In this document: one piece after another, positions 28,246 through 36,362 of the stretch
Layout: every line of letters begins with the position of its first letter
Position numbering within the stretch: position 1 is the first letter of the stretch
NCBI GenBank assembly: GCA_035461905.1
Contig: DATHUV010000143.1
Location: 1,587-65,586 of the forward strand
Direction: 5' to 3'
DNA length: 64,000 nucleotides
Source: Acidimicrobiia bacterium
Lineage (GTDB): Bacteria; Actinomycetota; Acidimicrobiia; Spongiisociales; UBA5794
Notes under the pieces: model-generated
What the model saw: only the letters and a program-made list of their open reading frames with translations
Databases searched by the model: none
What the model was told of the DNA's origin: nothing
Position numbers and translations under genes: made by a program

Positions 28246-28452
28246 GGCCGCGACCCGAGCCCCACCTCCGTATCCCCTTCGTATCCCCTCCGAATCCTCA
28301 TTGACAAACTCAGGATTCGGCGCGACGGTTGACGCAGGACGAGGCCGGTCACCGAGACGGCAGGGATCGAAAGCACAACGCAGACGCTCAGGCGTCTGAG
28401 ACCCGGAGTCGGTCAACGACACAGATCCCTCCCACTCGATGGGACTGGCCAC

Positions 28453-28482
28453 CATGAGGGGCCCCGATCGGGGCCCCTCATG
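28453..28482. terminator. Perfect 30-bp palindrome (13-bp GC-rich stem) between convergent genes
   Basis: CATGAGGGGCCCCGATCGGGGCCCCTCATG equals its own reverse complement. It is followed by CGTTTGGG on the plus strand and lies 94 nt beyond the kinase stop and 208 nt beyond the cutinase stop. Confidence 0.5.
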
Positions 28483-28575
28483 CGTTTGGGATGCGATCCG
28501 ATCGTCCGGACATGGTGATGACGGCCCTCGCGCAGGCGATCGTGGCCCTCGGACCTGGGCCCTCAAAGCCCGGTG

Positions 28576-29925
28576 CTAGGCCGTTGAGGCCTGATCGTGG
28601 GGGAGGACGACCGTGAAGACGGTCGAGCCGTCGACGGATCGGACGTCGATCGTGCCGCGGTGTTGTGTCACGACGATGCCGTACGCAGTGTCGAGGCCGA
28701 GACCCGTTCCTCGGCCCGGCTCCTTCGTCGTGAAGAATGCCTCGAAGATCCGGTCGATGACACTTGCGGGAATACCCGGCCCGTTGTTCTCGATCTCGAC
28801 CGTCACGGTGTCGTCACCGCCCTTCACACGGATCACGATCGTTCCGTCGTCGATGCCCGCCTCGTCGATGGCGTCTGCGGCGTTGTCGATGAGGTTGGTC
28901 CACACTTGGTTGAGCTGGCTCCCGAATGCAACGATCGGTGGCACGTCCGGTGCGTACTCACGGACGATGTTGATGTCCTTCGTCTTGGAGCGCAGGATGA
29001 GCAGGGTGTCCTCGATGCCTTTGACCACGTCGACCTGCTGGATCGGGGCCTGATCGAGGAACGAGTACGACTTGAGCGCCGCGACCAGCGAGGACATGCG
29101 CTGGGATCCCTCAGAGACCTCGGCCAGCAACGAAACACACTCTGCTGTGGCGGAGGCCGCGGCCACGAGGATGTCGGCATGCGCGGGGTCGACATCGGCG
29201 AGATCGGTGGGGAGGAAGCCCCCGTCGACGAGGGGTCCCGCGTATGCCCACGGGCGTTCGACGCCGAGGCGCTCGAGTTCCGCCTCGATCTCCTCCTCCC
29301 GATCCGAGCGCTCCATCGTCGAGAGCGACGCACCTGTGGCCGAAGGGGTCGGAATCTCGACATCAGGCGGTACCTGCCTCGTGAGCTCGATGAGGCTGTC
29401 GATCACGCCTCGGAGGCTCTCTGAGCCGCGGGTAACCGCAGCTGCGGGGTTGTTCATCTCGTGTGCGAGCCCGGCTGTCAGGACACCGAGCTGTGCCATG
29501 TGCTCGGACTGTCGCACCCGGGCCTCCTGCTCGCGCCAGCGGGAGATGAAGACTTCGAAGAGCGCACGGTTCGCTGCGACGCTGATTGCGAGCACCTCGT
29601 CGAGGCACTTCTTCGGGATGGACACGAGGTCGACCGCCGTAAGGGCCTTCGCCGTCGCGTTTCGTGGCTCCGCGGTGAGGAGGGCCATCTCGCCGACGAC
29701 GTCCCCGACGCCCGATACCGCAATCCGAACCCTTCGGCCCGCCGATTCCTTGAGGATCGCGATCTCTCCTCCCGTGATGACGTATGCGACGTCGGCCTCA
29801 TCGCCCTCCTCGAACAGGGTCTCACCTGTCGGGAGATGGTGCTCCGCGAGGCCGTCCGACAGCCGTGCGAGATCGTCGTCCGGGAGCCCGGAGAACAACG
29901 GCACGGTGCGCAGGTCGTACGTCAC
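28576..29925 (-). CDS. Cyclic-nucleotide-binding domain histidine kinase (soluble)
   Basis: 449 aa. N-terminal CAP-type cNMP domain (FSGLPDDDL..GDVVGEMALLTAEPRNATAKA). H-box LAHEMNNPAAAV, N-box NLIDNAADAI, G1 DNGPGI, G2 GTGLGL. The start overlaps the upstream stop. Confidence 0.85.
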   Translation of the reverse strand: MTYDLRTVPLFSGLPDDDLARLSDGLAEHHLPTGETLFEEGDEADVAYVITGGEIAILKESAGRRVRIAVSGVGDVVGEMALLTAEPRNATAKALTAVDLVSIPKKCLDEVLAISVAANRALFEVFISRWREQEARVRQSEHMAQLGVLTAGLAHEMNNPAAAVTRGSESLRGVIDSLIELTRQVPPDVEIPTPSATGASLSTMERSDREEEIEAELERLGVERPWAYAGPLVDGGFLPTDLADVDPAHADILVAAASATAECVSLLAEVSEGSQRMSSLVAALKSYSFLDQAPIQQVDVVKGIEDTLLILRSKTKDINIVREYAPDVPPIVAFGSQLNQVWTNLIDNAADAIDEAGIDDGTIVIRVKGGDDTVTVEIENNGPGIPASVIDRIFEAFFTTKEPGRGTGLGLDTAYGIVVTQHRGTIDVRSVDGSTVFTVVLPHDQASTA

Positions 29926-31574
29926 ACCGTATCCAGGTACCGGTGCACGAATGTCACGGCGACCGATCCCTCACCAACGGCGCTCGCCACCCTTCGAACG
30001 GCGCCTTCACGTACGTCACCTGCCGCGAAGACCCCTGGAACCGACGTCTCGAGCGCGAACGGATCGCGCTTGAGCTTCCAGTCCTCGCTGAAGCTCTGCA
30101 CGTCCCGACCCGTGTAGATGAAACCTTTGGGATTCATCGCGATGACACCCTCGAGGAATGACGAGTGGGGCACGGCGCCGACGAAGATGAACAGGGCGGA
30201 AGCCTCACGACGTTCCGTGACGAGCGTCTCCGTGTTTCGCAGGGTGATGGACTCGACTCTGTCGCTGCCTGTCACCTCGACGACCTCGGTGGACGTGAGC
30301 ACCTCGATGTTCGGGACACCCGCGATCTGGTCGACGAGATACTGCGACATGCGCTCCCCGAGCGACGCTGCGCGTACCACCATCGTGACGCGCGAGCTCG
30401 TCTTCGAGAACATCACCGCGGCTTGCCCGGCGGAGTTCGCGCCCCCGATCACGTAGACATCCCTGTCCCGATACGTGGCAGCCTCCGTGGCCGCTGCACC
30501 GTAGTAGACGCCTGCACCCTCGAAGCGCTCGTATCCGGGGACGCCGAGCCGTTTCACGGTCATACCCGACGCGACGACGAGTGCACGGCATGTCAGCTCG
30601 GAGCCGTCGGAGAGTCGCACATGCTTGACAGGCCCCTCGACCCCGACACCTGTGACCTCGACGGCGGTCACAAGCTCTGCGCCGAGGCGTATCGCCTGGG
30701 CGATCGCCCTCCGAGCGAGGTCGGCACCGCTGACACCCCTCGGGAACCCGAGGTAGTTCTCGATCCGGGAACTCGTTCCCGCCTGACCACCCGCTGCCTC
30801 GCGTTCGATCAGCGCCGTCGTGAGCCCCTCGGACGCTCCGTATACCGCAGCGGCGAGCCCTGCGGGACCACCTCCCACGATCACGAGGTCGTAGAACGGG
30901 GATCCCGGGGTTGCATGGATCCCGACGGCTGCGGCCAACACCGCCTTGTCAGGATTGACGAACACCGTATCGTCCTCGGTGACGACGATCGGCAGTTCCG
31001 CACGACCCTCGGCGAGCTTGGCGGCGAGCTCGGCAGCTGCGGCGTCGCGGTCTATGTCGAGGAACTGGTAGGCAACCTCGTTACGGGCGAGGAACGCCTT
31101 CACCTCGAATGTCGTGGGTGACCACGTCGTCCCGAAGACACGAACGCCCTCGAACGGCCGCTCGGCGGATGCCTGCCAGTCGTCGAGCACATCGTCGAGC
31201 ACCGGATACAGCCGATCCTCGGGCGGCGCCCAGGGTTTCAGGAGATAGTGGTCGAGGCCCACGTCGTTGATCGCTTGGATCGCGGCCTCGGTGTCGGCGT
31301 ACGCCGTCAGCAGGAGCCGCTTCGCGTTCGGGAACGTCTTCAGTGCCTCGACGAGGAACTCGGTACCCGTCATGTTGGGCATCCGTTGGTCGACGACGAA
31401 CGCTGCAATGGTGCGGCCTCCGTCATCGATCTCCCGCACGGCGTCGAGAGCGTCCTGGCCCGACGGCGCAGCCACGATCTGGTACGACTCCGCGTACCGC
31501 GTCCGCAGATCGCGCCGCACGGCAGCGAGCACTTGAGGGTCGTCATCGACCGCGAGGATCACGGGCTTCGCCAT
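29922..31574 (-). CDS. Response-regulator receiver fused to a thioredoxin-fold linker and a TrxR-like FAD/NAD(P)H oxidoreductase lacking the CxxC
   Basis: Track ORF trimmed to MAKPVILAVDDD. REC residues are present (DDD, FVVDQRMP, LLKPW). The flavoprotein part has VIVGGGPAGLAAA, VIGGANSAGQAA and GVFAAGDV. The whole 550-aa protein contains one Cys. Confidence 0.85.
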   Translation of the reverse strand: MAKPVILAVDDDPQVLAAVRRDLRTRYAESYQIVAAPSGQDALDAVREIDDGGRTIAAFVVDQRMPNMTGTEFLVEALKTFPNAKRLLLTAYADTEAAIQAINDVGLDHYLLKPWAPPEDRLYPVLDDVLDDWQASAERPFEGVRVFGTTWSPTTFEVKAFLARNEVAYQFLDIDRDAAAAELAAKLAEGRAELPIVVTEDDTVFVNPDKAVLAAAVGIHATPGSPFYDLVIVGGGPAGLAAAVYGASEGLTTALIEREAAGGQAGTSSRIENYLGFPRGVSGADLARRAIAQAIRLGAELVTAVEVTGVGVEGPVKHVRLSDGSELTCRALVVASGMTVKRLGVPGYERFEGAGVYYGAAATEAATYRDRDVYVIGGANSAGQAAVMFSKTSSRVTMVVRAASLGERMSQYLVDQIAGVPNIEVLTSTEVVEVTGSDRVESITLRNTETLVTERREASALFIFVGAVPHSSFLEGVIAMNPKGFIYTGRDVQSFSEDWKLKRDPFALETSVPGVFAAGDVREGAVRRVASAVGEGSVAVTFVHRYLDTV

Positions 31575-31687
31575 GTCAACGACCTCCTTCCGCTCGCGTC
31601 CACGGGTACGTTCGAGCCTACCGACCCTCCGACGGCTTCGCATTGCGTGAACCGCTAGCCTCCCACATCGGTCGACGGAGGAGTGAC

Positions 31688-32482
31688 TTGGACAACGCAC
31701 GCATCGTGATCCTCGGCGGTCGCGGTTCGATACCCGTTTCGGGCCCTTCCTACGTTCGCTATGGAGGCAACACGACCTCGTTCGCGATCGTTGCCGATCA
31801 GCGGGCGGTCGCGTTCATCGATGCGGGAACGGGACTCGCTGCGCATCGAACCCTCGGGCTCGAACTTTCCCCGGCGGTCGACATCTTCCTGTCCCACTAC
31901 CACTGGGACCACATCCAGGGTCTCACGATGCTCGACGAGTTGTGGAAGGGAGCTTGCGACGTCCGACTCTGGGCGCAAGGCGACTCAAGGGCGATCCTGA
32001 CGAGGGCGATCTCGCCGCCGCTCTTCCCGGTCTCGATTGCAGAGGATGCAGCCCTGCGCTTCGAGCAGATGGGTGATCCTGTCGTCCTCGACGGCATCCG
32101 GATCTCCGCCTTCCCGGTGAACCATCCACAGGGAGCATTGGGGTTCCGGGTCGATGGCCCGAATCGCAGCGTCGGGATCGTGACGGACCATGAATCGGGT
32201 TCGCCGCGCGATTCCGAGATACGCGATGCCCTCGTCGGAGTCGACGTGGTGATCCACGACTCGCAGTACCTCCCCGAGGAGATGGAGACCCACGTCGGCT
32301 GGGGGCACTCGACGTTCGAGGACGCCATCAGGCTGACGGATGCGATCGGTGCATCAGAGCTCCTGCTCACGAGCCTCGATCCCTCGCGTACCGACGAGGC
32401 AGTCGACGCGATGCTCGTGCGTGCACGTCGGATCAGGCCGGCCACCGATGCGGTCCATCAGGGCCTCGAGGTTCCTTTGTGA
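31688..32482 (+). CDS. MBL-fold metallo-hydrolase
   Basis: Track ORF 31343..32482 trimmed to an in-frame TTG at 31688, 4 nt after GGAGGAG (alternative GTG at 31706). Motifs seen: FLSHYHWDHIQGL metal motif, VNHPQG, and a late HD/H. Confidence 0.75.
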   Translation: MDNARIVILGGRGSIPVSGPSYVRYGGNTTSFAIVADQRAVAFIDAGTGLAAHRTLGLELSPAVDIFLSHYHWDHIQGLTMLDELWKGACDVRLWAQGDSRAILTRAISPPLFPVSIAEDAALRFEQMGDPVVLDGIRISAFPVNHPQGALGFRVDGPNRSVGIVTDHESGSPRDSEIRDALVGVDVVIHDSQYLPEEMETHVGWGHSTFEDAIRLTDAIGASELLLTSLDPSRTDEAVDAMLVRARRIRPATDAVHQGLEVPL

Positions 32483-33666
32483 GGCTCGCTGCGATCCGGC
32501 CACCGCGGCTACGGACCATCGAGGAGGAGGGCGAGCGGTCCGCAACCTGGCTTGAGCTCTTCTACGACCTCGTGTTCGTCGCGGTGGTGGCGGCGCTCGG
32601 GATCCGGCTCCTTGCGGACAGTTCATTCTCTGGTTGGTTGTCGTACGCCGGGTATTTCGTCCTGGTGTGGTGGTTGTGGGCGAGCCACACGTTCTATGCC
32701 GACCGCTTCGACACGGACGATCTCGTGTACCGGATGCTCGCCGCCACCCAGATGGTCACCCTCGCCCTCCTCGCCGCCTCGGTCTCGACCGAGTCCTCGG
32801 GTTCGACAACCGTGTTCGCCGCGATGTACGCATCGGCGCGGATCATCCTCCTCATCCTCTACGTCCGTGTGTATCGCCACGTCGACGAGGCGAAGAAGCT
32901 CGTGCGGGGCTACCTCATCGGTTTCGGAGCCGCCGCCTCGCTCTGGCTCGTGTCGACCGTCGTGCCCGAGCCTGCGCGGTTCTGGGTGTGGGGCGTGGCC
33001 TTCGCGATCGACGTTGCGACGCCGTACGTCATGCGCAGGGACCAGGCTTCGGTCCCACTCGATGTCTCGCACCTGCCGGAACGGTTCGGGCTCTTCACGA
33101 TCCTCGTGCTCGGAGAAACGATCGTGGCCGTCACGGTCGGTCTGGGCCATGTCGAATGGCAGGTTGCGACAACCATCACCGGGGTCACCGGAATCCTGCT
33201 CGCGTCCGGTATCTGGTGGATCCACTTCGACAACCTCGACGGGTTCGTCGTACGGCGTCGTGGAGCGACGAAGGCGTGGCGTCCAACGGTGTGGATCTAC
33301 ACCCACCTTCCCCTCGCCATTGGCATCGCCATGGTCGGGGTGGGGGTCGAGCACGCGATCATCGGAGCGGATCACGACCACCACTATGGGGCACCCGAGC
33401 GATGGGTCCTGGTGGCGGGCGTCGCCATCGCCTTTGTGGCGATTGGAACGATCGAGCATGCGTCGATCCGACGTGCCGGTGAGGACCTCAGTTCGCGGAT
33501 TGCGTGGAACCGGCTCTACGCCTTGCCGATCGTGATCCTCGTCGGGCTCATCGGAGTGGGTCCGGCGGCAACCGTCGTCCTCCTGGGTTTGATATGCGCC
33601 GTCGAGGTCGTTGCTGATGTCGTGGTCACGAACCGGTTCGCACACGCCGGCGCCGAAACTGACTGA
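32479..33666 (+). CDS. ltrA: Low-temperature-requirement A (LtrA) family membrane protein
   Basis: GTG overlaps the upstream stop (GTGA). ATWLELFYDLVFVAVV is the characteristic LtrA N-terminus. It has about 10 TM helices and is 395 aa. Confidence 0.8.
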   Translation: MRLAAIRPPRLRTIEEEGERSATWLELFYDLVFVAVVAALGIRLLADSSFSGWLSYAGYFVLVWWLWASHTFYADRFDTDDLVYRMLAATQMVTLALLAASVSTESSGSTTVFAAMYASARIILLILYVRVYRHVDEAKKLVRGYLIGFGAAASLWLVSTVVPEPARFWVWGVAFAIDVATPYVMRRDQASVPLDVSHLPERFGLFTILVLGETIVAVTVGLGHVEWQVATTITGVTGILLASGIWWIHFDNLDGFVVRRRGATKAWRPTVWIYTHLPLAIGIAMVGVGVEHAIIGADHDHHYGAPERWVLVAGVAIAFVAIGTIEHASIRRAGEDLSSRIAWNRLYALPIVILVGLIGVGPAATVVLLGLICAVEVVADVVVTNRFAHAGAETD

Positions 33667-33687
33667 CTCGACCACACGAAGCTGCGA

Positions 33688-33852
33688 TCAGGAAGGTCCT
33701 GCCACGAGGATGACCGTGGAGATCGGTCGTTTCCCCTTGACCTCGAAGATCCGGGGCTCCGAGAACGCCAACGTGTCACCGATCAGCGCGGCCGCATCGA
33801 ACCTCCCGACGCCGTGTGCTATCGAGTGGCCCAGGCCAGGGATCGTCGACAT
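33688..33852 (-). CDS. Small hypothetical protein (54 aa), not in the ORF track
   Basis: Hand translation: MSTIPGLGHSIAHGVGRFDAAALIGDTLAFSEPRIFEVKGKRPISTVILVAGPS*. 44 of 54 codons end in G/C and the composition is ordinary. It lies 58 nt downstream of the VanW stop. No clear SD; no family recognised. Confidence 0.35.
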   Translation of the reverse strand: MSTIPGLGHSIAHGVGRFDAAALIGDTLAFSEPRIFEVKGKRPISTVILVAGPS

Positions 33853-33910
33853 CGTGCGAGGCTGGACGGGCAGGCGGCGCGGCGCCCGATGGTCCTCTTG
33901 CTCGCGCCGA

Positions 33911-35776
33911 TCAGGGGTCAGGTTCGGGATCCGGAGGGGGCTCCGTCATCGTCGTGGTCGTCGTCTCGGGCACTGTGGTCGTGGTGGTCGTTGGCGGCTC
34001 AGCGGTGGTCGTCGTCGTGGTCGGCGGCTGCGTCGTGGTCGTCGTCTCGGGCACTGTGGTCGTGGTGGGTGGCACGGTCGTGGTCGTCGTCGGGGGAGGG
34101 TCCTCGCGGGGCTCCCTGTAGAACCAGGTCCAATCCTGGGTCGTGACCCTGCCATCTGGCCACGTCATGACCCGCGTGATCGTGTTCCCCGACCGCTCCG
34201 ATTCGCAGGTCCTGCCTCCGTTGTTCCCGTAGAAGGTCACGGTGATCGACGACGGTGTGTATGACGTGTCGATGTAGACGATCGCGTCGGAGTCATTCCG
34301 GAACTTCACGTCGGGAGCGGGGTACCCCAGCGTTGCCTCCCTGACGAATGGGTAGCGAGAGATGTAGAGGCTGTGGGGCTGGTGGAACACATCCTCGTAG
34401 CACCCGAAGAACACGGCGTTGTAGAAGGTCGTCGCGAACTGGCTCGTACCGCCCCCGATGTTGGCGGGGTTGTCGCAGCACTCGACACGGCCGTTGATGA
34501 TCGCACCTGCACGGACGTAGCCCTTTGCGAGCGTCCGCTGCCCCGCCGTGTCGTTGATCGAGAACGTTTCGCCCGGCATCACGATCGAACCCCGGATCGT
34601 GTCGGCGAGCAGTTGGATGTTCCTCACCCTGTTCTCGCAGCACGGATGGTTCGTCGTGAAGGTGGAGACCTCACCGAGCGGTCCCATGGCTTCGGCCATC
34701 GCGGTCGTGAAGGCCGCTTCCTCCCCCTCCGTCATCGGCAGCACGGCCGTCCCGTTGCTGAGGGCAGCACGCGTCACTGCAGCAGGCACCGCCGCGAGAT
34801 CGACCTTCAGCCCCGTGACCGACGGTATGACCGTGAAGGTCTTCGTCACGTCGTTGAATGAGAAGGTCGCATCGCGCGGCGCGATGGTGAACTCGTCTGC
34901 GGTCCGGGAGGCGATCTCGCGCAGGACGGCATCGTCGAGGGACACGTCGAGGGTCGCGGGGGAGTTGATGACGACCTCGGATCGGAGGGCAGAGGCCAAG
35001 CCCGTTGGAGTGAACATCATCGTGGCGGATTGGCCGGGCCTGCGCAGGACGACAGGTTCGCCGATGAGCCTGTTCGCCTTCGCAACCGCGACGTCGACAT
35101 CGGCACGTGTGACTGCAGGATCGAGCGGAATGAGCGGGAGCGAGACGGGGGAGCGTTCGGGCACTTCCAGTTGGGAAGCGATGAGGGGAATCGACGCGTC
35201 GACGTCGATGACGAGCCCCGGCCTCGGGTACTCGGGTACTGCAACGCCGTTCTCGACGAGCACGGCTCCCTCGTACGCCGGTTTTCCTATCGCCGTCCGG
35301 GAGAGGCCCGAGAGCAGCGCTGCGAGCGCGTCACGGTCGAACGACACGGGAACCTCGATCTCCTCGGTCGACGACCACGTGGCGAACCATGCGCGGAAGT
35401 TGGACAGCATCCCGTCGGCACGTCGGAGCGTGAGGGCCTCGTCGACCACGGCTTGCTCATCGACGGCAAGGCCGACGTCTGCGGGGTCGAGTTCCACCGT
35501 CTTCCCGTCTATGACGAGCACGACGGGCTGGGACACGAGCCGTTCCTCGTATGCCGCCATCGCCGTGAGGGCCTTCTCGGCAGGGAGGCGCGAAAGGTCG
35601 ATTCCCGCTGCCTCGACGCCCCGGCTGACATTGCCGTCTGAGACGATCTCGTCATGGACATAGCCCGCACCGACGAACAGCACCGCGACGAGCGGGACGG
35701 CAACCGCTGCAGCGATGAGGTAACGATTCATGCTCTCCGGTCCCTGGCGACGACCACGGAGTGTACGAACGGACAC
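33911..35776 (-). CDS. VanW-domain protein with N-terminal membrane anchor and C-terminal Thr/Pro-rich tail
   Basis: 621 aa from GTG (an ATG alternative at complement 35729-35731 gives MNRYLIAAAVAVPLVAV). VanW core GYVRAGAIINGRVECCDNPANIGGGTSQFATTFYNA. The tail is PPPTTTTTVPPTTTTVPETTTTTQPPTTTTTTAEPPTTTTTTVPETTTTTMTEPPPDPEPDP. Confidence 0.8.
   Translation of the reverse strand: MSVRTLRGRRQGPESMNRYLIAAAVAVPLVAVLFVGAGYVHDEIVSDGNVSRGVEAAGIDLSRLPAEKALTAMAAYEERLVSQPVVLVIDGKTVELDPADVGLAVDEQAVVDEALTLRRADGMLSNFRAWFATWSSTEEIEVPVSFDRDALAALLSGLSRTAIGKPAYEGAVLVENGVAVPEYPRPGLVIDVDASIPLIASQLEVPERSPVSLPLIPLDPAVTRADVDVAVAKANRLIGEPVVLRRPGQSATMMFTPTGLASALRSEVVINSPATLDVSLDDAVLREIASRTADEFTIAPRDATFSFNDVTKTFTVIPSVTGLKVDLAAVPAAVTRAALSNGTAVLPMTEGEEAAFTTAMAEAMGPLGEVSTFTTNHPCCENRVRNIQLLADTIRGSIVMPGETFSINDTAGQRTLAKGYVRAGAIINGRVECCDNPANIGGGTSQFATTFYNAVFFGCYEDVFHQPHSLYISRYPFVREATLGYPAPDVKFRNDSDAIVYIDTSYTPSSITVTFYGNNGGRTCESERSGNTITRVMTWPDGRVTTQDWTWFYREPREDPPPTTTTTVPPTTTTVPETTTTTQPPTTTTTTAEPPTTTTTTVPETTTTTMTEPPPDPEPDP
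33950..34068. repeat. Perfect 38-bp direct repeat, 81-bp period, inside the Thr-rich tail coding region
   Basis: CGTCGTGGTCGTCGTCTCGGGCACTGTGGTCGTGGTGG occurs at 33950-33987 and again at 34031-34068. Confidence 0.8.
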
Positions 35777-35821
35777 AGGAAACGACAGGTTTCTCCTTCG
35801 ACGCGAAGGATTTGTGCGGCG

Positions 35822-36268
35822 TCAGTTCGCGTCCGAGACGCGGGTCAGGACGGTGGTGAGGGTCTCGAGCTCGTCGGGCGTGCAGTGGTCTCCGAAGTAC
35901 TCCTGGATGCCGCGAAGGTGGAGCCTCCCTGCTTCGACGAAGCGGCTCCTTCCCGTGTCGGTGAGCGAAACCTCCATGCCGCGCCGATCGGCGTCACAAA
36001 CCGCCCTCTCGACCAGACCGTGGCGCTCGAGGCGGTCCACCAGCCGGGTCGCAGCGCTGCGCGACAGGATCATCCCGTCTGCGATCTCGTTCATGCGGAG
36101 GCGCTGACCGGGGGCGCTGGCGAGTTGGAGGAGCACCTCGTACCACCCGAGATTCATACCGACCCGGGCCCTGAGATCGGCCTCGAGTCGATGGTTGACC
36201 CTCGAGTGGGCGACGAGGAGAGACCTCCATGCCTCGGTCGTCTCGGTCGATCGGATGCGAATCGTCAT
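35822..36268 (-). CDS. MarR family transcriptional regulator
   Basis: Track ORF trimmed to ATG at complement 36266-36268 (MTIRIRSTETTEAWRSLL...). The winged helix is LRMNEIADGMILSRSAATRLVDRLERHGLVER. TACCCT lies 6 nt upstream of the ATG, so the gene may be leaderless. Confidence 0.85.
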   Translation of the reverse strand: MTIRIRSTETTEAWRSLLVAHSRVNHRLEADLRARVGMNLGWYEVLLQLASAPGQRLRMNEIADGMILSRSAATRLVDRLERHGLVERAVCDADRRGMEVSLTDTGRSRFVEAGRLHLRGIQEYFGDHCTPDELETLTTVLTRVSDAN

Positions 36269-36289
36269 GAGCAGAGGGTACGGCGAAAT

Positions 36290-36336
36290 AGTTGAAATAT
36301 GCAACTATCCTGATGGTTGCATGCAGCAACTGTTGC
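36290..36336. promoter_or_regulatory. Putative MarR operator region: repeated GTTG(N)-N5-GCAAC inverted repeats
   Basis: GTTGA-AATAT-GCAAC (36291-36305) and GTTGC-ATGCA-GCAAC (36316-36330), plus an overlapping GCAAC-T-GTTGC (36326-36336). They sit in the 94-bp AT-richer divergent region between the MarR and YceI genes. Confidence 0.4.
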
Positions 36337-36362
36337 AGTCAGGAACGAATATGGAGGTTTCC

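Noticed and set aside
28299-28304. TTGACA hexamer as the -35 of an sRNA promoter in the cutinase/kinase spacer
   Set aside because: No TANNNT-type -10 element lies at 16-19 nt spacing. The hexamer sits in the loop of an inverted repeat, so there is not enough evidence to call a promoter.
29922-31574. Calling the fusion protein a genuine thioredoxin-disulfide reductase
   Set aside because: The CxxC active site is absent and there is one Cys in 550 aa. Both the glutaredoxin-like linker and the TrxR-like module lack redox cysteines.
33816-34155. Poly-Val / Arg-Pro repeat ORFs on both strands near 34000
   Set aside because: They are alternative-frame readings of the Thr/Pro tail of the VanW gene and are not independent genes.
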